From Planctomycetota bacterium (GTDB lineage: Bacteria > Planctomycetota > B15-G4), in NCBI GenBank assembly GCA_965248575.1, contig CBDFJQ010000002.1:608001-672000 (forward strand): a stretch of DNA of 64,000 nucleotides. The letters are read 5' to 3'. Below, one piece after another: positions 28,888 through 38,591 of this stretch; the stretch's first letter is position 1, and each line of letters opens with the position of its first letter. Below the pieces are notes generated by a model. It did no database searches. It saw only the letters and a program-made list of their open reading frames with translations, and was not told the origin of the DNA. The position numbers and the translations under genes were made by a program.

Positions 28888-31800
28888 ATGCCTTCCCCGC
28901 CGCCGCCCTCCGCTTCGATTGGCTTGGACGCCGGGGAGGCGACGGAGGCAGCCCACGCAGCTCTTGGCCTCTTCCATCCGACCCTGGCAACGTGGTTCCA
29001 GGAGCGCATCGGGCAGCCCACGAGCCCGCAGATCGAGGGCTGGCCCGCCATTGCAGCTGGGCAGCACACCCTGATCGCTGCACCGACCGGGACCGGCAAG
29101 ACCTTGGCCGCCTTCCTCTGGGCGCTGAACGGGTTGCTGCGACAAGGCAACTCCCTGCCTGACGCCACCCAGGTGCTCTACATCTCACCCCTGCGCGCGC
29201 TGAGCAACGACGTGCAGAAGAACCTCTCCGGGCCGCTGGCCGAGCTGGCTGAACGCGACCCAGAGTTGCCCGAGGTGCGCGTGGCGGTGCGCTCGGGCGA
29301 CACGACATCATCGGAGCGTGCCTCGATGGTGCGCAAGGCGCCGCACGTGCTCGTGACGACGCCCGAGTCCATGTACATCCTGCTCACGTCGGACAGTGGC
29401 CGACGCATGCTGTCACAGGTGCGCACGGTTATCGTGGACGAGATCCACGCCATGGCGCGGGACAAGCGCGGGAGCCACCTCGCCCTGTCCCTGGAGCGGC
29501 TCGAGGTCCTGACAGGGGGCGTGCAACGCATCGGCCTGTCGGCGACGCAGAAACCCGTGGAGGTGGTCGCACAGCTGCTGACGGGGACGCGGCGGGAGTG
29601 CACCATCGTGGACACCGGCCACTTGCGTGACATCGATCTGGCCGTCGAGATCCCCCAGTCACCTTTGGGTGCTGTCTGCAGCCACGAGCATTGGGGAGAG
29701 ATCTACCAGCGCATGGCACAGCTGGCGGCCGAACACAGCACGACGCTGGTGTTCGTGAACACACGCAAGCTAGCTGAGCGCCTTGCTGCGCGGCTCACGG
29801 ACGCCGTGGGGGAGGGGCTTGTGGCTTGCCACCATGGGAGCCTGAGCAAGGAGCTCCGGCTGCAGGCTGAAGAGCGCTTGAAGTCTGGGGAACTGCGAGT
29901 GTTGGTGGCCACTGCCTCGCTGGAGCTGGGGATCGACATCGGGGATATTGACCTCGCTGTCCAAGTGGGGTCGGCCCGCTCCATCGCGACACTGCTGCAA
30001 CGAGTGGGTCGGGCCGGTCACGGTGTTCATCGGGTCCCCAAGGGACGGCTCTTTCCGCTGACCATGGACGAGCTGGCGGAAGCCGCCGCGCTCCTGGCGT
30101 CGATCCGCCAAGGGCAACTGGACCGCACGCCGACGCCCCCCCCCGCGCTGGACATCCTCGTTCAACAGGTCGTCGCTGCCTGCGTGGCCGAACCCCAGGA
30201 CAAGGACGCGTTGTTCGCCTCCCTCTCCCGCGCCCATCCCTACCGCACGTTGAGTCGTGAGGACTTCGACGCCGTCATCGCGCTCCACACCAGCGGGCGT
30301 TGGGCCATGCTGCACGAAGACGGTGTGGGGGGGCGCCTGATGGCGACCAAGCGTGCGCGTCTCCCCGCCCTCACGTCGGGCGGCTCCATCCCCGACAACG
30401 CTGACTACCAGGTGCGCCTGGAGCCCGAAGGTCTGCTGGTGGGGACGCTGAACGAGGACTTCGCGGTCGAGGCCAACGTCGGTGACATCTTTCAGCTCGG
30501 CAACACGAGTTGGCGGATCCTGCGGGTGGAGTCGGGTGTCGTCCGGGTGGCCGATGCTGCGGGCGAACCCCCGACCCTCCCTTTCTGGTTGGGAGAGGCG
30601 CCGTCCCGCACCATCGAGCTGAGCCAGGAAATCGGTCGGCAGCGTGAGCGGGCTGACGGCCCCGAGTGGTTTGAGCGCGAGACAGGACTCGGTCGCGACG
30701 CCGCAGAACAGTTGTTCACCTACCTGGCAGACGGGCGCAAGGCGCTCGGCGCGGTTCCCAGCCAGACCTGCGTAATTGCCGAGCGGTTCTTCGACGAGAC
30801 GGGCGGTATGCAGTTGGTGATCCACTCGCCCTTCGGCGGGCGCATCAACCGCGCGTGGGGTCTCGCCCTGCGCAAGAAGTTCTGTCGCGGTTTCGGCTTC
30901 GAGCTGCAGGCTGCAGCGAGCGAGGAAGCCATCCTCATTTCCCTGGGCCCGCACCACAGCTTTCCACTTCAGGACGTGTTCAAATTCCTGCACAGCAATT
31001 CGGCTCGGGACACGTTGACCCAGGCGTTGCTCGCGGCACCGATGTTTACCACGCGCTGGCGCTGGAACCTGACGCGTTCGTTGCTCCTGCCGCGCACGAA
31101 GGCCGGGCGCAAGGTGCCCCCGGCGCTGATGCGCATGCGGGCCGACGACATGCTCGTGCAGGCATTCCCCCAGGCGATGGCATGCGGCGAAACGCTCCCT
31201 GCGGGCGACCTACCGGTGCCGATGGACCAACCCATGGTCAGGCAGACGGTGGAGGACTGCTTGGTCGAGGCCATGGACATCGAGGGCCTGCTGGGCTTGC
31301 TGAGCGGCATCCAGGACGGGCGCATCGCCACCCACGCCGTGGATGTTCCGGAGCCCTCGAGCTTCGCCGAAGGGATCCTGCACGCCCAGCCCTACGCCTT
31401 CCTGGATGACGCCCCCTTGGAGGAGCGACGCACCCAGGCGGTGCGGACCCGGCGTGGTTTGTCCGCCAAGGAAGCCGATGGCCTGGGCGCCCTCGACCCA
31501 GCCGCGGTGGAGCGGGTGCGCGAGGAGGCGTGGCCCCGGGCAAGCAGTCTCGAGGAGGTTCATGAAGCCTTGCTGTGGATGGGCTACGTGACCGAGACCG
31601 AGGTTCCGGAGTGGTCGGAGTGGCTCGGCAAGCTGGCGCGGGATGGCCGCATCGTGCAGGAGAAGCACCAAGACGAGGTGCGATGGTTCGCTGCCGAAGC
31701 TCCCAGGGATGCCGAGTCCGTGCTGGCTGGTCGGTTGGAGGCCTTGGGGCCGGTGGAGAGCGACGACCCTCTGATGCTGGCCCTCGAGGCCAAGGGCCTG

Positions 31801-32844
31801 GTGCTGCGCACGCGCATCGACGGTCGCGACGCCTGGTGCAACCGTCGCCTTCTGGCGCGCATCCATCGCTACACCCTGGACACGCTGCGCAAGCAGATCC
31901 AGCCCGTCAGCGCGGCCGATTTTCTGCGTTTTCTCGTTGCCTGGCAGCATGTCGACCAGGGCCATCAGCTGGAGGGTCCGCGGGGCGTGCTGGAGGTGGT
32001 GCGTCAGTTGGCGGGCTTCGAGATCCCCGCGGCCGCCTGGGAGAAGGACATCCTGCCCCAGCGCGTGACGGGCTATCGGCCCAACTGGCTGGACGAACTC
32101 ATGCTCTCGGGACAGGTGGCTTGGGGTCGATTATGGGGGGCGGCTGCGGGCCCGATCCGCCGGACTCCCTTGTCGCTCGTCCCAAGGGAGGACCTGGAGC
32201 CCTGGCTGGGGCTGACGACGGTGGGCGATGAGTGGAGCCTCAAGGGCGCGGGCCGTGCCGTGCACGAACAGCTGGCTGCCGCAGGCGCACTCTTTCCCCA
32301 GGAGATCGAGCGGCGCGGCAAGTTGCTGCCGGTGCAGGTGGAGGAGGGCTTGGGCCAGCTCGTGGGTCTCGGCCTGGCGAGCTGTGACGGCTTCGGAGGC
32401 TTGCGCACCCTTTTTGCCCGGCGCCGCGCACGCCCTCGTCGAACACCTGCACCCAGCGGGCGCTGGAGCGTGTTGAGCCGAGGCGCCTTCGAAGCACCCC
32501 CTGTGGAATTCCTGGCTCGTGTGCTCCTGCGTCGGACGGGCGTTGTGTTCAAGCGCACGATCGAGCGCGAGCGCTTCGGGGTGCCGTGGTGGCGCATCCA
32601 CCGCGAGCTGCGGACATTGGAGGCGAGAGGCGAGGTGCGCGGCGGCCGCTTCGTCGAAGGCTTTGCGGGGGAGCAGTTTGCCCTGCCCCAAGCGGTGCGT
32701 CTGCTGAGGCGTGTTCGTGGAGAGGAGACGGCCGGGCGCATCCCGGTGCACGTGACGGCGGCGGATCCCCTCAACTACGTCGGCATCCTGACGCCCGATG
32801 AGCGCGTGGCGAGCTCAGCCGTGCAGCGGGTCATCGTGGGTTAG
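28888..32844 (+). CDS. lhr: Lhr family helicase with C-terminal winged-helix (AlkZ-like) domain
   Basis: APTGTGKT, TTPES, DEIH, LSAT, ATASLELGID, QRVGRAGH, HSPFGGRINRAW, RGGRFV..F.GEQFA. Confidence 0.9.
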   Translation: MPSPPPPSASIGLDAGEATEAAHAALGLFHPTLATWFQERIGQPTSPQIEGWPAIAAGQHTLIAAPTGTGKTLAAFLWALNGLLRQGNSLPDATQVLYISPLRALSNDVQKNLSGPLAELAERDPELPEVRVAVRSGDTTSSERASMVRKAPHVLVTTPESMYILLTSDSGRRMLSQVRTVIVDEIHAMARDKRGSHLALSLERLEVLTGGVQRIGLSATQKPVEVVAQLLTGTRRECTIVDTGHLRDIDLAVEIPQSPLGAVCSHEHWGEIYQRMAQLAAEHSTTLVFVNTRKLAERLAARLTDAVGEGLVACHHGSLSKELRLQAEERLKSGELRVLVATASLELGIDIGDIDLAVQVGSARSIATLLQRVGRAGHGVHRVPKGRLFPLTMDELAEAAALLASIRQGQLDRTPTPPPALDILVQQVVAACVAEPQDKDALFASLSRAHPYRTLSREDFDAVIALHTSGRWAMLHEDGVGGRLMATKRARLPALTSGGSIPDNADYQVRLEPEGLLVGTLNEDFAVEANVGDIFQLGNTSWRILRVESGVVRVADAAGEPPTLPFWLGEAPSRTIELSQEIGRQRERADGPEWFERETGLGRDAAEQLFTYLADGRKALGAVPSQTCVIAERFFDETGGMQLVIHSPFGGRINRAWGLALRKKFCRGFGFELQAAASEEAILISLGPHHSFPLQDVFKFLHSNSARDTLTQALLAAPMFTTRWRWNLTRSLLLPRTKAGRKVPPALMRMRADDMLVQAFPQAMACGETLPAGDLPVPMDQPMVRQTVEDCLVEAMDIEGLLGLLSGIQDGRIATHAVDVPEPSSFAEGILHAQPYAFLDDAPLEERRTQAVRTRRGLSAKEADGLGALDPAAVERVREEAWPRASSLEEVHEALLWMGYVTETEVPEWSEWLGKLARDGRIVQEKHQDEVRWFAAEAPRDAESVLAGRLEALGPVESDDPLMLALEAKGLVLRTRIDGRDAWCNRRLLARIHRYTLDTLRKQIQPVSAADFLRFLVAWQHVDQGHQLEGPRGVLEVVRQLAGFEIPAAAWEKDILPQRVTGYRPNWLDELMLSGQVAWGRLWGAAAGPIRRTPLSLVPREDLEPWLGLTTVGDEWSLKGAGRAVHEQLAAAGALFPQEIERRGKLLPVQVEEGLGQLVGLGLASCDGFGGLRTLFARRRARPRRTPAPSGRWSVLSRGAFEAPPVEFLARVLLRRTGVVFKRTIERERFGVPWWRIHRELRTLEARGEVRGGRFVEGFAGEQFALPQAVRLLRRVRGEETAGRIPVHVTAADPLNYVGILTPDERVASSAVQRVIVG

Positions 32845-32863
32845 CTGCTATGATCCCGCCCCT

Positions 32864-33997
32864 ATGACTGAGCACGAAGCGAAGGCACCGGAACAGGATG
32901 AAGTGGGCAGGAAGGCCAAGCCCGCTGCGCGGGGTGTGCTGTCAGGCGCCTTGGGAAAGCTGCTGTTGATGGTGGGTACCTTGCTCGTGCTCGCGGCGCT
33001 CACCGAGGTGGGTTTTCGCGTGGCTGGCTACGGGCCGTCCACTCACCTGCGCTGGTTCGCCCACCCGGATCTGCACTACACGGCTGCGCCGAACCAGGAA
33101 GGAAGCGTGCAGGTCCACGATGAGAAGGCCGGCGATCGCACGATTCAGATGCACATCAACGGCTTCGGCCAGCGCTGCCCTGACTACGAGCTGGAGAAGC
33201 AGCCGGGCGAGTACCGGGTCGTCACGATGGGAGATTCGCTGACCTTTGGCCCCGGCGTCAGCAATCAGGAAACCTTCGCCATGCAGGCGGAGGCGCTCCT
33301 GAATTCAGACTCGGGGGACGCCGCCGAGGCTGGTTTCACGCGCGTCGTCAACGTAGCCGCCAACGGCTATTCGACCATCCACTACCTGCGTTGGATGGAG
33401 ACACAGCTCAAGACCTACAGCCCCGATCTCGTCGTGATGTGCCTGTACATCGGCAACGACCTGGTCATCGCGACGCGCAATCGCTTGTTCAATCCCGTGC
33501 CTTTTCCCGGCCTGGTGCGTAACACGGCCGTGGGGCACTACCTGCTGGAGAAGCACCGGCCGCTGCTCATGAGCTGGGCGGAGGGCATGGCGGAGGAGGG
33601 TCAGAAGCGCGCCCTGCTGGAGCCCATCGAACCCGACCTCCGGCGCTTCGTCGACGTGCCCGAGGACAAGCTGGGCTACGACGACAAGGTGCGTCTCTGG
33701 CGCCACGCCTTGGAGCATGTAGAACGCATGAAGGCCTTGGCGGACGAGGCGGGAACGCCGCTTGTGTGCCTGCTGATTCCGCAATCACACATGGTCAGCA
33801 CCGAGGGCGACTTCCCCATCCACGGTTGGCTCAAGCGGGGCATCGAAAGCCGCGGCGTGCCCGTCATCCTGCCCGACGACGAGTTGCGTCCGTTGGCGAT
33901 GGATGGCTGGCACAGCTATGACCCGGGCCACCTGAACATCGCCGGCCATGCCGCCGTGGGGCGCAGTCTGTCGACGGCGATCCGCGCGCAACGCTAG
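32864..33997 (+). CDS. Membrane-anchored SGNH/GDSL hydrolase
   Basis: TM, GDSLTFG, NVAANGY, GND, DPGHLN..GH. Confidence 0.85.
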   Translation: MTEHEAKAPEQDEVGRKAKPAARGVLSGALGKLLLMVGTLLVLAALTEVGFRVAGYGPSTHLRWFAHPDLHYTAAPNQEGSVQVHDEKAGDRTIQMHINGFGQRCPDYELEKQPGEYRVVTMGDSLTFGPGVSNQETFAMQAEALLNSDSGDAAEAGFTRVVNVAANGYSTIHYLRWMETQLKTYSPDLVVMCLYIGNDLVIATRNRLFNPVPFPGLVRNTAVGHYLLEKHRPLLMSWAEGMAEEGQKRALLEPIEPDLRRFVDVPEDKLGYDDKVRLWRHALEHVERMKALADEAGTPLVCLLIPQSHMVSTEGDFPIHGWLKRGIESRGVPVILPDDELRPLAMDGWHSYDPGHLNIAGHAAVGRSLSTAIRAQR

Positions 33998-35829
33998 GGC
34001 GTCGTTCCCAGCAGTGCGTTGGAGAGGGTGAACCCGAAGACCACGCCGCCGTCTTCACAGACGAACTGGACCCAGAGCTGCGTGCCGCTGGGCAGGCCCG
34101 CAGGCCAGGTCGTAGGCAGGCCCAGCTGGCCGGAGGTGTTGGCCATGAACTGAAACTGGTGCAGCAAGGGATTCGTGTAGAGCGTTCCACCTGCGGCGAA
34201 TAGGGGCGAGGAACTTGTAGAGATCCAGCCCAGCAGCAGGGCGTTCGGTAGCGCAGCTTGCAGGTCGAGGGTGACCAGGGTGTTCGCCTCGAGGGTCCCC
34301 GTCCCCGACAGGCCCGGTATGCCTGCACTGCCGAGACTGCCGCCGCCCAGGTCCTGCCAGGCGTTGGGTTCCGGAACCAGCGCCACGTCGAGGGTCACCG
34401 GGCTACCCACCGCTACGGTCACCTGCTGGATGCTGTCCAGGTAGCCCGCCGCCTGGACCGTGAGGGTGTACATGCCATTGGGAAGCGTGGCGTGGTAGCG
34501 GCCAAAGTCGCCGCCACTTCCGAAGCTCTCCCCGTTGGCGAAGTTGATGCCTGACACCTGCACCAGGCCATCCACGGGCAGCATGCTGTTGGCGTCCGTG
34601 ATGTGACCACTGACCGAGATGTCGCGCCCCAGGAACTGCTCGATGGCGAGCCACACGGCCTGGGCCTCAGCTTCACCTGCGGCGAAGCTGGGCTGGAAGG
34701 TCGTGGCTGTTTCGAGCAGGAAGGCGTGGGCTCCGCTGCGCATCTGATAATGGATGTCACCCGCGAGACAGCAGCTGCTGCCGATGTCGCCAGCCCAGCC
34801 GGCTGCTGTGCTGATGGCAGTGGCCTCGTCACTCAAGAACAACTCGAGTGGGTGCGTCCAGCAACCATAGCCGTAGCGGGCTTCTTGCCCGAAGGAATGG
34901 AAGTCGAGCACCTTCGCGAAGTGCCGGTCGTCCGAGAGGGCGATCAGCGTCTGCGTCTCGGGTTCGGATGAGGGGGACGGGCCTTGGTAGGTGCTAGAGC
35001 CCGCCGAAGTGCTGCCGCCACATCCACCTCCCCAACCCGGAGGGTAGTTGCGGTTGAGGTCGACGCCCGTTCCCGTTGGGAAGACCCGACGGTTCTTGCG
35101 CCAGAAATTGTCCTGGGTGAACACGTGGTTGTAGCCGTCCGGGTTCTGGACCGGGACGATCCAGATCTCGTGCGCGTTCACGGCCTGGGTCACATCAGGG
35201 TCCGTGCCGTAGTCGGACAGGAGGCGGTCGATGCTTTCCAGGGCGATGAGGGGGGTGACGATCTCGCGCGCATGGTGCGCGGAGACCAACAGCACCGCGG
35301 GCTCATCCTCCTCGATCGTGACGTTGTCGGAGATGACCAGCGCCAGCAGGTTGCGGCCTTCAACGGTGGTGGGCATGCCGTAGGCCTGGGTCAAGTTCAC
35401 CACCCGAGCCAGGTTCGGGTGCGCGGCCGCGGAGCTCAGGAGGCTGACTTCTATGGCGGCGAGGTCCGGATAGCCGGCGGGGACTGGCGTGCCCAAGGCA
35501 AGCTTCCCACCGACGGCAGTCTCCCCCAAGGGCCGCCCTGTCTGAACCACGTGGTAGGTGTATCCCTGCTCTCGCAGGTCATGGAGCTCTTGTGCGCTCG
35601 CGATGAGTTCGATGTGGCTCAGACCGAGTCCATCGTCCACGAAGCCCAGCACATCGAAGCCTCGCTGCCCGAACTCGGCCGCGAGCTCGGCGCTCGAGAG
35701 CGCCGGATCCAGCGGGCGGAGCTGGATCTGGGCGAGCGGGAGCTCTTCCGTCGCGACGACAAGAGGCACGGCGGGGCTGATGCCGGGCACGGCGTGCACG
35801 ATTGTCGACAGAAGCAGGGCACTGAGCAT
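33994..35829 (-). CDS. Secreted M14 zinc carboxypeptidase with beta-sandwich and conserved C-terminal domain
   Basis: Signal peptide, HAREIV, NPDG, WRKNR, GVDLNRNY, SEPET, DFHS. Confidence 0.9.
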   Translation of the reverse strand: MLSALLLSTIVHAVPGISPAVPLVVATEELPLAQIQLRPLDPALSSAELAAEFGQRGFDVLGFVDDGLGLSHIELIASAQELHDLREQGYTYHVVQTGRPLGETAVGGKLALGTPVPAGYPDLAAIEVSLLSSAAAHPNLARVVNLTQAYGMPTTVEGRNLLALVISDNVTIEEDEPAVLLVSAHHAREIVTPLIALESIDRLLSDYGTDPDVTQAVNAHEIWIVPVQNPDGYNHVFTQDNFWRKNRRVFPTGTGVDLNRNYPPGWGGGCGGSTSAGSSTYQGPSPSSEPETQTLIALSDDRHFAKVLDFHSFGQEARYGYGCWTHPLELFLSDEATAISTAAGWAGDIGSSCCLAGDIHYQMRSGAHAFLLETATTFQPSFAAGEAEAQAVWLAIEQFLGRDISVSGHITDANSMLPVDGLVQVSGINFANGESFGSGGDFGRYHATLPNGMYTLTVQAAGYLDSIQQVTVAVGSPVTLDVALVPEPNAWQDLGGGSLGSAGIPGLSGTGTLEANTLVTLDLQAALPNALLLGWISTSSSPLFAAGGTLYTNPLLHQFQFMANTSGQLGLPTTWPAGLPSGTQLWVQFVCEDGGVVFGFTLSNALLGTTP

Positions 35830-36016
35830 GGAGGGAATCCCACGGGGAACTCGCCAGCTTACCTCGGCTCGCTCTGCCGACCAGGGCGTGTGGGGCGCTG
35901 TCTCGGGGCCGGTTTGGGCTTCAAGGGGGTGGCTGAGCGGGCCGAACAGCGTGTTATCGTCTGCCTTCTTCTGGTCCGTCTTCTGAACCTGACCGCCTCT
36001 TCCCGTCTCGCGAACG

Positions 36017-37435
36017 ATGCTCTTCAACAGCCTCGAGTTCGCTGTTTTCTTCGCGGTGGTCTACGGGCTCTACCTGGTGCTCCAGCGCCGGGCACAGAAC
36101 GGCCTGCTGCTCGTGGCCAGCTACGTGTTCTACGGAGCGTGGGACTGGAAGTTCCTGGGGCTGATCGCCTTGTCCACGGTGATCGACTACGGCTTGGGCC
36201 TGGCCATCCACCGCAGTGACGACCCGCGCCGGCGCAAGCGGCTCGTGGTCTGCAGCCTGGTCAGCAACCTGGGCATCCTCGCCACCTTCAAGTACGCCGG
36301 CTTCTTCGCCGAGAGCTTCGCGGATCTGGCGGGGCTCGCGGGCTGGCAGGTGGAGCCCTGGGTGCTGGACGTCGTGCTTCCCGTGGGCATCTCCTTCTAC
36401 ACCTTTCAGACGCTCAGCTATACGATCGACGTCTATCGCGGGACGCTGAAGCCCACGCGCAGCTTCCTGGACTTCGCGCTCTTCGTCGCGTTCTTTCCGC
36501 AGCTGGTGGCCGGTCCCATCGAGCGTGCGAGCCGACTGTTGCCGCAGATCCTCAAGCCGCGCAAGCTGGATTGGGGCCGGTTCGGTTCTGGCTGCTGGTT
36601 GGTGTTGGCGGGCACCTTCAAGAAGGTCGTTGTGGCCGACAACCTGGCGCGCTGCGTGAACCTGATCTACGGGAACGCCGAGGAAGCCACAGGCCTGGAG
36701 ATCGCTGTCGCGACCTACGCCTTCGCCTGGCAGATCTACTGCGACTTCAGTGGCTACACGGATGTGGCGCGGGGCATCGCGCGGCTGATGGGGTTCGACC
36801 TCATGTTGAACTTCAACCTGCCGTATCTGGCGACGAACCCCTCGGAGTTCTGGCGCCGGTGGCACATCAGTCTGTCGACCTGGCTGCGGGACTACCTCTA
36901 CATCTCACTGGGTGGCAATCGCGGGGGCGGTTGGCTGACCTACCGCAACCTGGGGCTGACCATGTTGCTGGGCGGGCTGTGGCACGGAGCGGCGTGGACC
37001 TACGTGCTTTGGGGCGCCTATCAAGGTGCTCTGCTCATCGGCCATCGCCTGCTCGAGCCGGTGCTTCGACGTCTCGCCCCCAAGGGGCCCATGCTGTCCC
37101 GGGGCTGGTGGTTGGTGCGCGTGCTCTTCATGTTCCAGTTGGCATGCCTGGGTTGGATGATCTTCCGGGCGGAGAGCGTGCCCCAGTTGGGCGTCCTGCT
37201 GACCCGGCTGGTGAGCGCGCCCGGTCTGGGCATTCTCGACGCCTGGTGGAAGCCTTTGGCTGTCCTGATCTTGCCCCTGGCAAGCTTCCAGCTGATCCAG
37301 CACGTGACGGGGCGACTGGACACCATCCTGCGCTGGCCGCTCGTACTCCGGTCCGTGGTGTATGCGGGCATCGTGTTGGCGATTTTCGTGCTGGGCGAGA
37401 ATGGCGGCAGCCCCTTCATCTACTTCCAGTTCTGA
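36017..37435 (+). CDS. MBOAT O-acyltransferase (AlgI/DltB/PatA type)
   Basis: LPVGISFYTFQ, FFPQLVAGPI, IYCDFSGY, FWRRWHISLS, GLWHGA, FIYFQF. Confidence 0.95.
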   Translation: MLFNSLEFAVFFAVVYGLYLVLQRRAQNGLLLVASYVFYGAWDWKFLGLIALSTVIDYGLGLAIHRSDDPRRRKRLVVCSLVSNLGILATFKYAGFFAESFADLAGLAGWQVEPWVLDVVLPVGISFYTFQTLSYTIDVYRGTLKPTRSFLDFALFVAFFPQLVAGPIERASRLLPQILKPRKLDWGRFGSGCWLVLAGTFKKVVVADNLARCVNLIYGNAEEATGLEIAVATYAFAWQIYCDFSGYTDVARGIARLMGFDLMLNFNLPYLATNPSEFWRRWHISLSTWLRDYLYISLGGNRGGGWLTYRNLGLTMLLGGLWHGAAWTYVLWGAYQGALLIGHRLLEPVLRRLAPKGPMLSRGWWLVRVLFMFQLACLGWMIFRAESVPQLGVLLTRLVSAPGLGILDAWWKPLAVLILPLASFQLIQHVTGRLDTILRWPLVLRSVVYAGIVLAIFVLGENGGSPFIYFQF

Positions 37436-37458
37436 CGGCCTGAGAAGGGAGCGCGCTC

Positions 37459-38574
37459 ATCAGCGAACGTGAAGACACCGACTGGCCGAATCGCTTCCCC
37501 TGGGGAGCGCTGCTGGCTGGGCTGCTGGTCTGGGCTGTGGATGCCTGGGCCCTCGGCTTGGGTGGCCCGTGGGACTTCTTCTCCGAACGCATGAACAACG
37601 AACACCCCATGGAGCGAGGGGTCGTGAGTGACCGCGTGGAGTTCGCCCGGCTGGCTGCCGAGGCGAGCGACAACCCGCTGGTGGCCGTGATGGGTTCGAG
37701 CCGAGCCCATGCCAGCATGCACACGCACCTGCTCAAGAAGGCGGCCCCCGGCATCGAAGTCGCGGCGCTCGCTCATGCAGGCATGCACCCCTTCGAGATT
37801 CGTGGGGCCCTCGACGAGGTGTTGGCCTTGGAGCCCGAGCTGGTGGTGATCCTCATCTCGGAGTTCGACACCCACCGCCCCCTGCGTCTGATGCCGCAGA
37901 CGTCACCGGGGAGCTTCGCAGCCCTGCGGGAGTTGGCCAGCCAGGTGGGCGGCGACTTCGTTTGGGAGCAACGCACGACCTTCCTCCAGGTGGCCTTGGC
38001 GAGCGTGGTGGACCTGTATCGCTATCGCGAGGTGTTTCATGTGGCAGGCGTCGAGGACTACCGCATGTTCAGCCATCCCGCTGCACCGCGCGGTCAGGGA
38101 GTCCTGAAGATTCCCTATCTGCTTGAGGGCAACGCCCCGCTCGACATGAACATGGATGAGGAGCTCCAGCAGTTGGAGCTTGTCTATCCCCATCTCTCGC
38201 TCCGGGCGCGCAAGGCGGGCATGACCCAGTGCCAGTCCATCACCCGTGGGCCGCACGCCACGGTCCAGATGTTCTTGCTGCGCAAGGCGGTGGTACGAGC
38301 GCGTTCCAAGGGCGTCCGCGTGTTGCTCGTGGAAGGTCCCCTGGCGCCGGCGACCAAGGGCTTCTACGACAACTCCATCCGAACCGACTTCCTGGAGCTT
38401 GCCCAGGAGTTGAGCCAGGAAGAGGGCGTGCTCTTCCTGGCATTGGAAGAGAGCGGGCCCTTTCCGCAGGAGATCTTCGCAGACCTGACCCACCTCAATC
38501 GTGAAGGCGCCCAGCAAATGAGCGCTGCCGTGGGGCGGCGTGTCGCAAACCTCCTGGAACTGCCTGGCCCCTGA
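37459..38574 (+). CDS. SGNH-like partner of MBOAT (AlgJ/DltD-like)
   Basis: MGSSRA, FADLTHLNREGA; N-terminal hydrophobic anchor; start uncertain (ATC 37459 vs GTG 37537). Confidence 0.75.
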   Translation: MSEREDTDWPNRFPWGALLAGLLVWAVDAWALGLGGPWDFFSERMNNEHPMERGVVSDRVEFARLAAEASDNPLVAVMGSSRAHASMHTHLLKKAAPGIEVAALAHAGMHPFEIRGALDEVLALEPELVVILISEFDTHRPLRLMPQTSPGSFAALRELASQVGGDFVWEQRTTFLQVALASVVDLYRYREVFHVAGVEDYRMFSHPAAPRGQGVLKIPYLLEGNAPLDMNMDEELQQLELVYPHLSLRARKAGMTQCQSITRGPHATVQMFLLRKAVVRARSKGVRVLLVEGPLAPATKGFYDNSIRTDFLELAQELSQEEGVLFLALEESGPFPQEIFADLTHLNREGAQQMSAAVGRRVANLLELPGP

Positions 38575-38591
38575 GGCGTTTCAGGTCGAGG

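Noticed and set aside
23917..32844. Anti-phage defence island (dynamin plus helicase)
   Set aside because: Genes are separated by housekeeping-type genes; no paired dynamin, nuclease, methylase, mobility genes or evident composition shift
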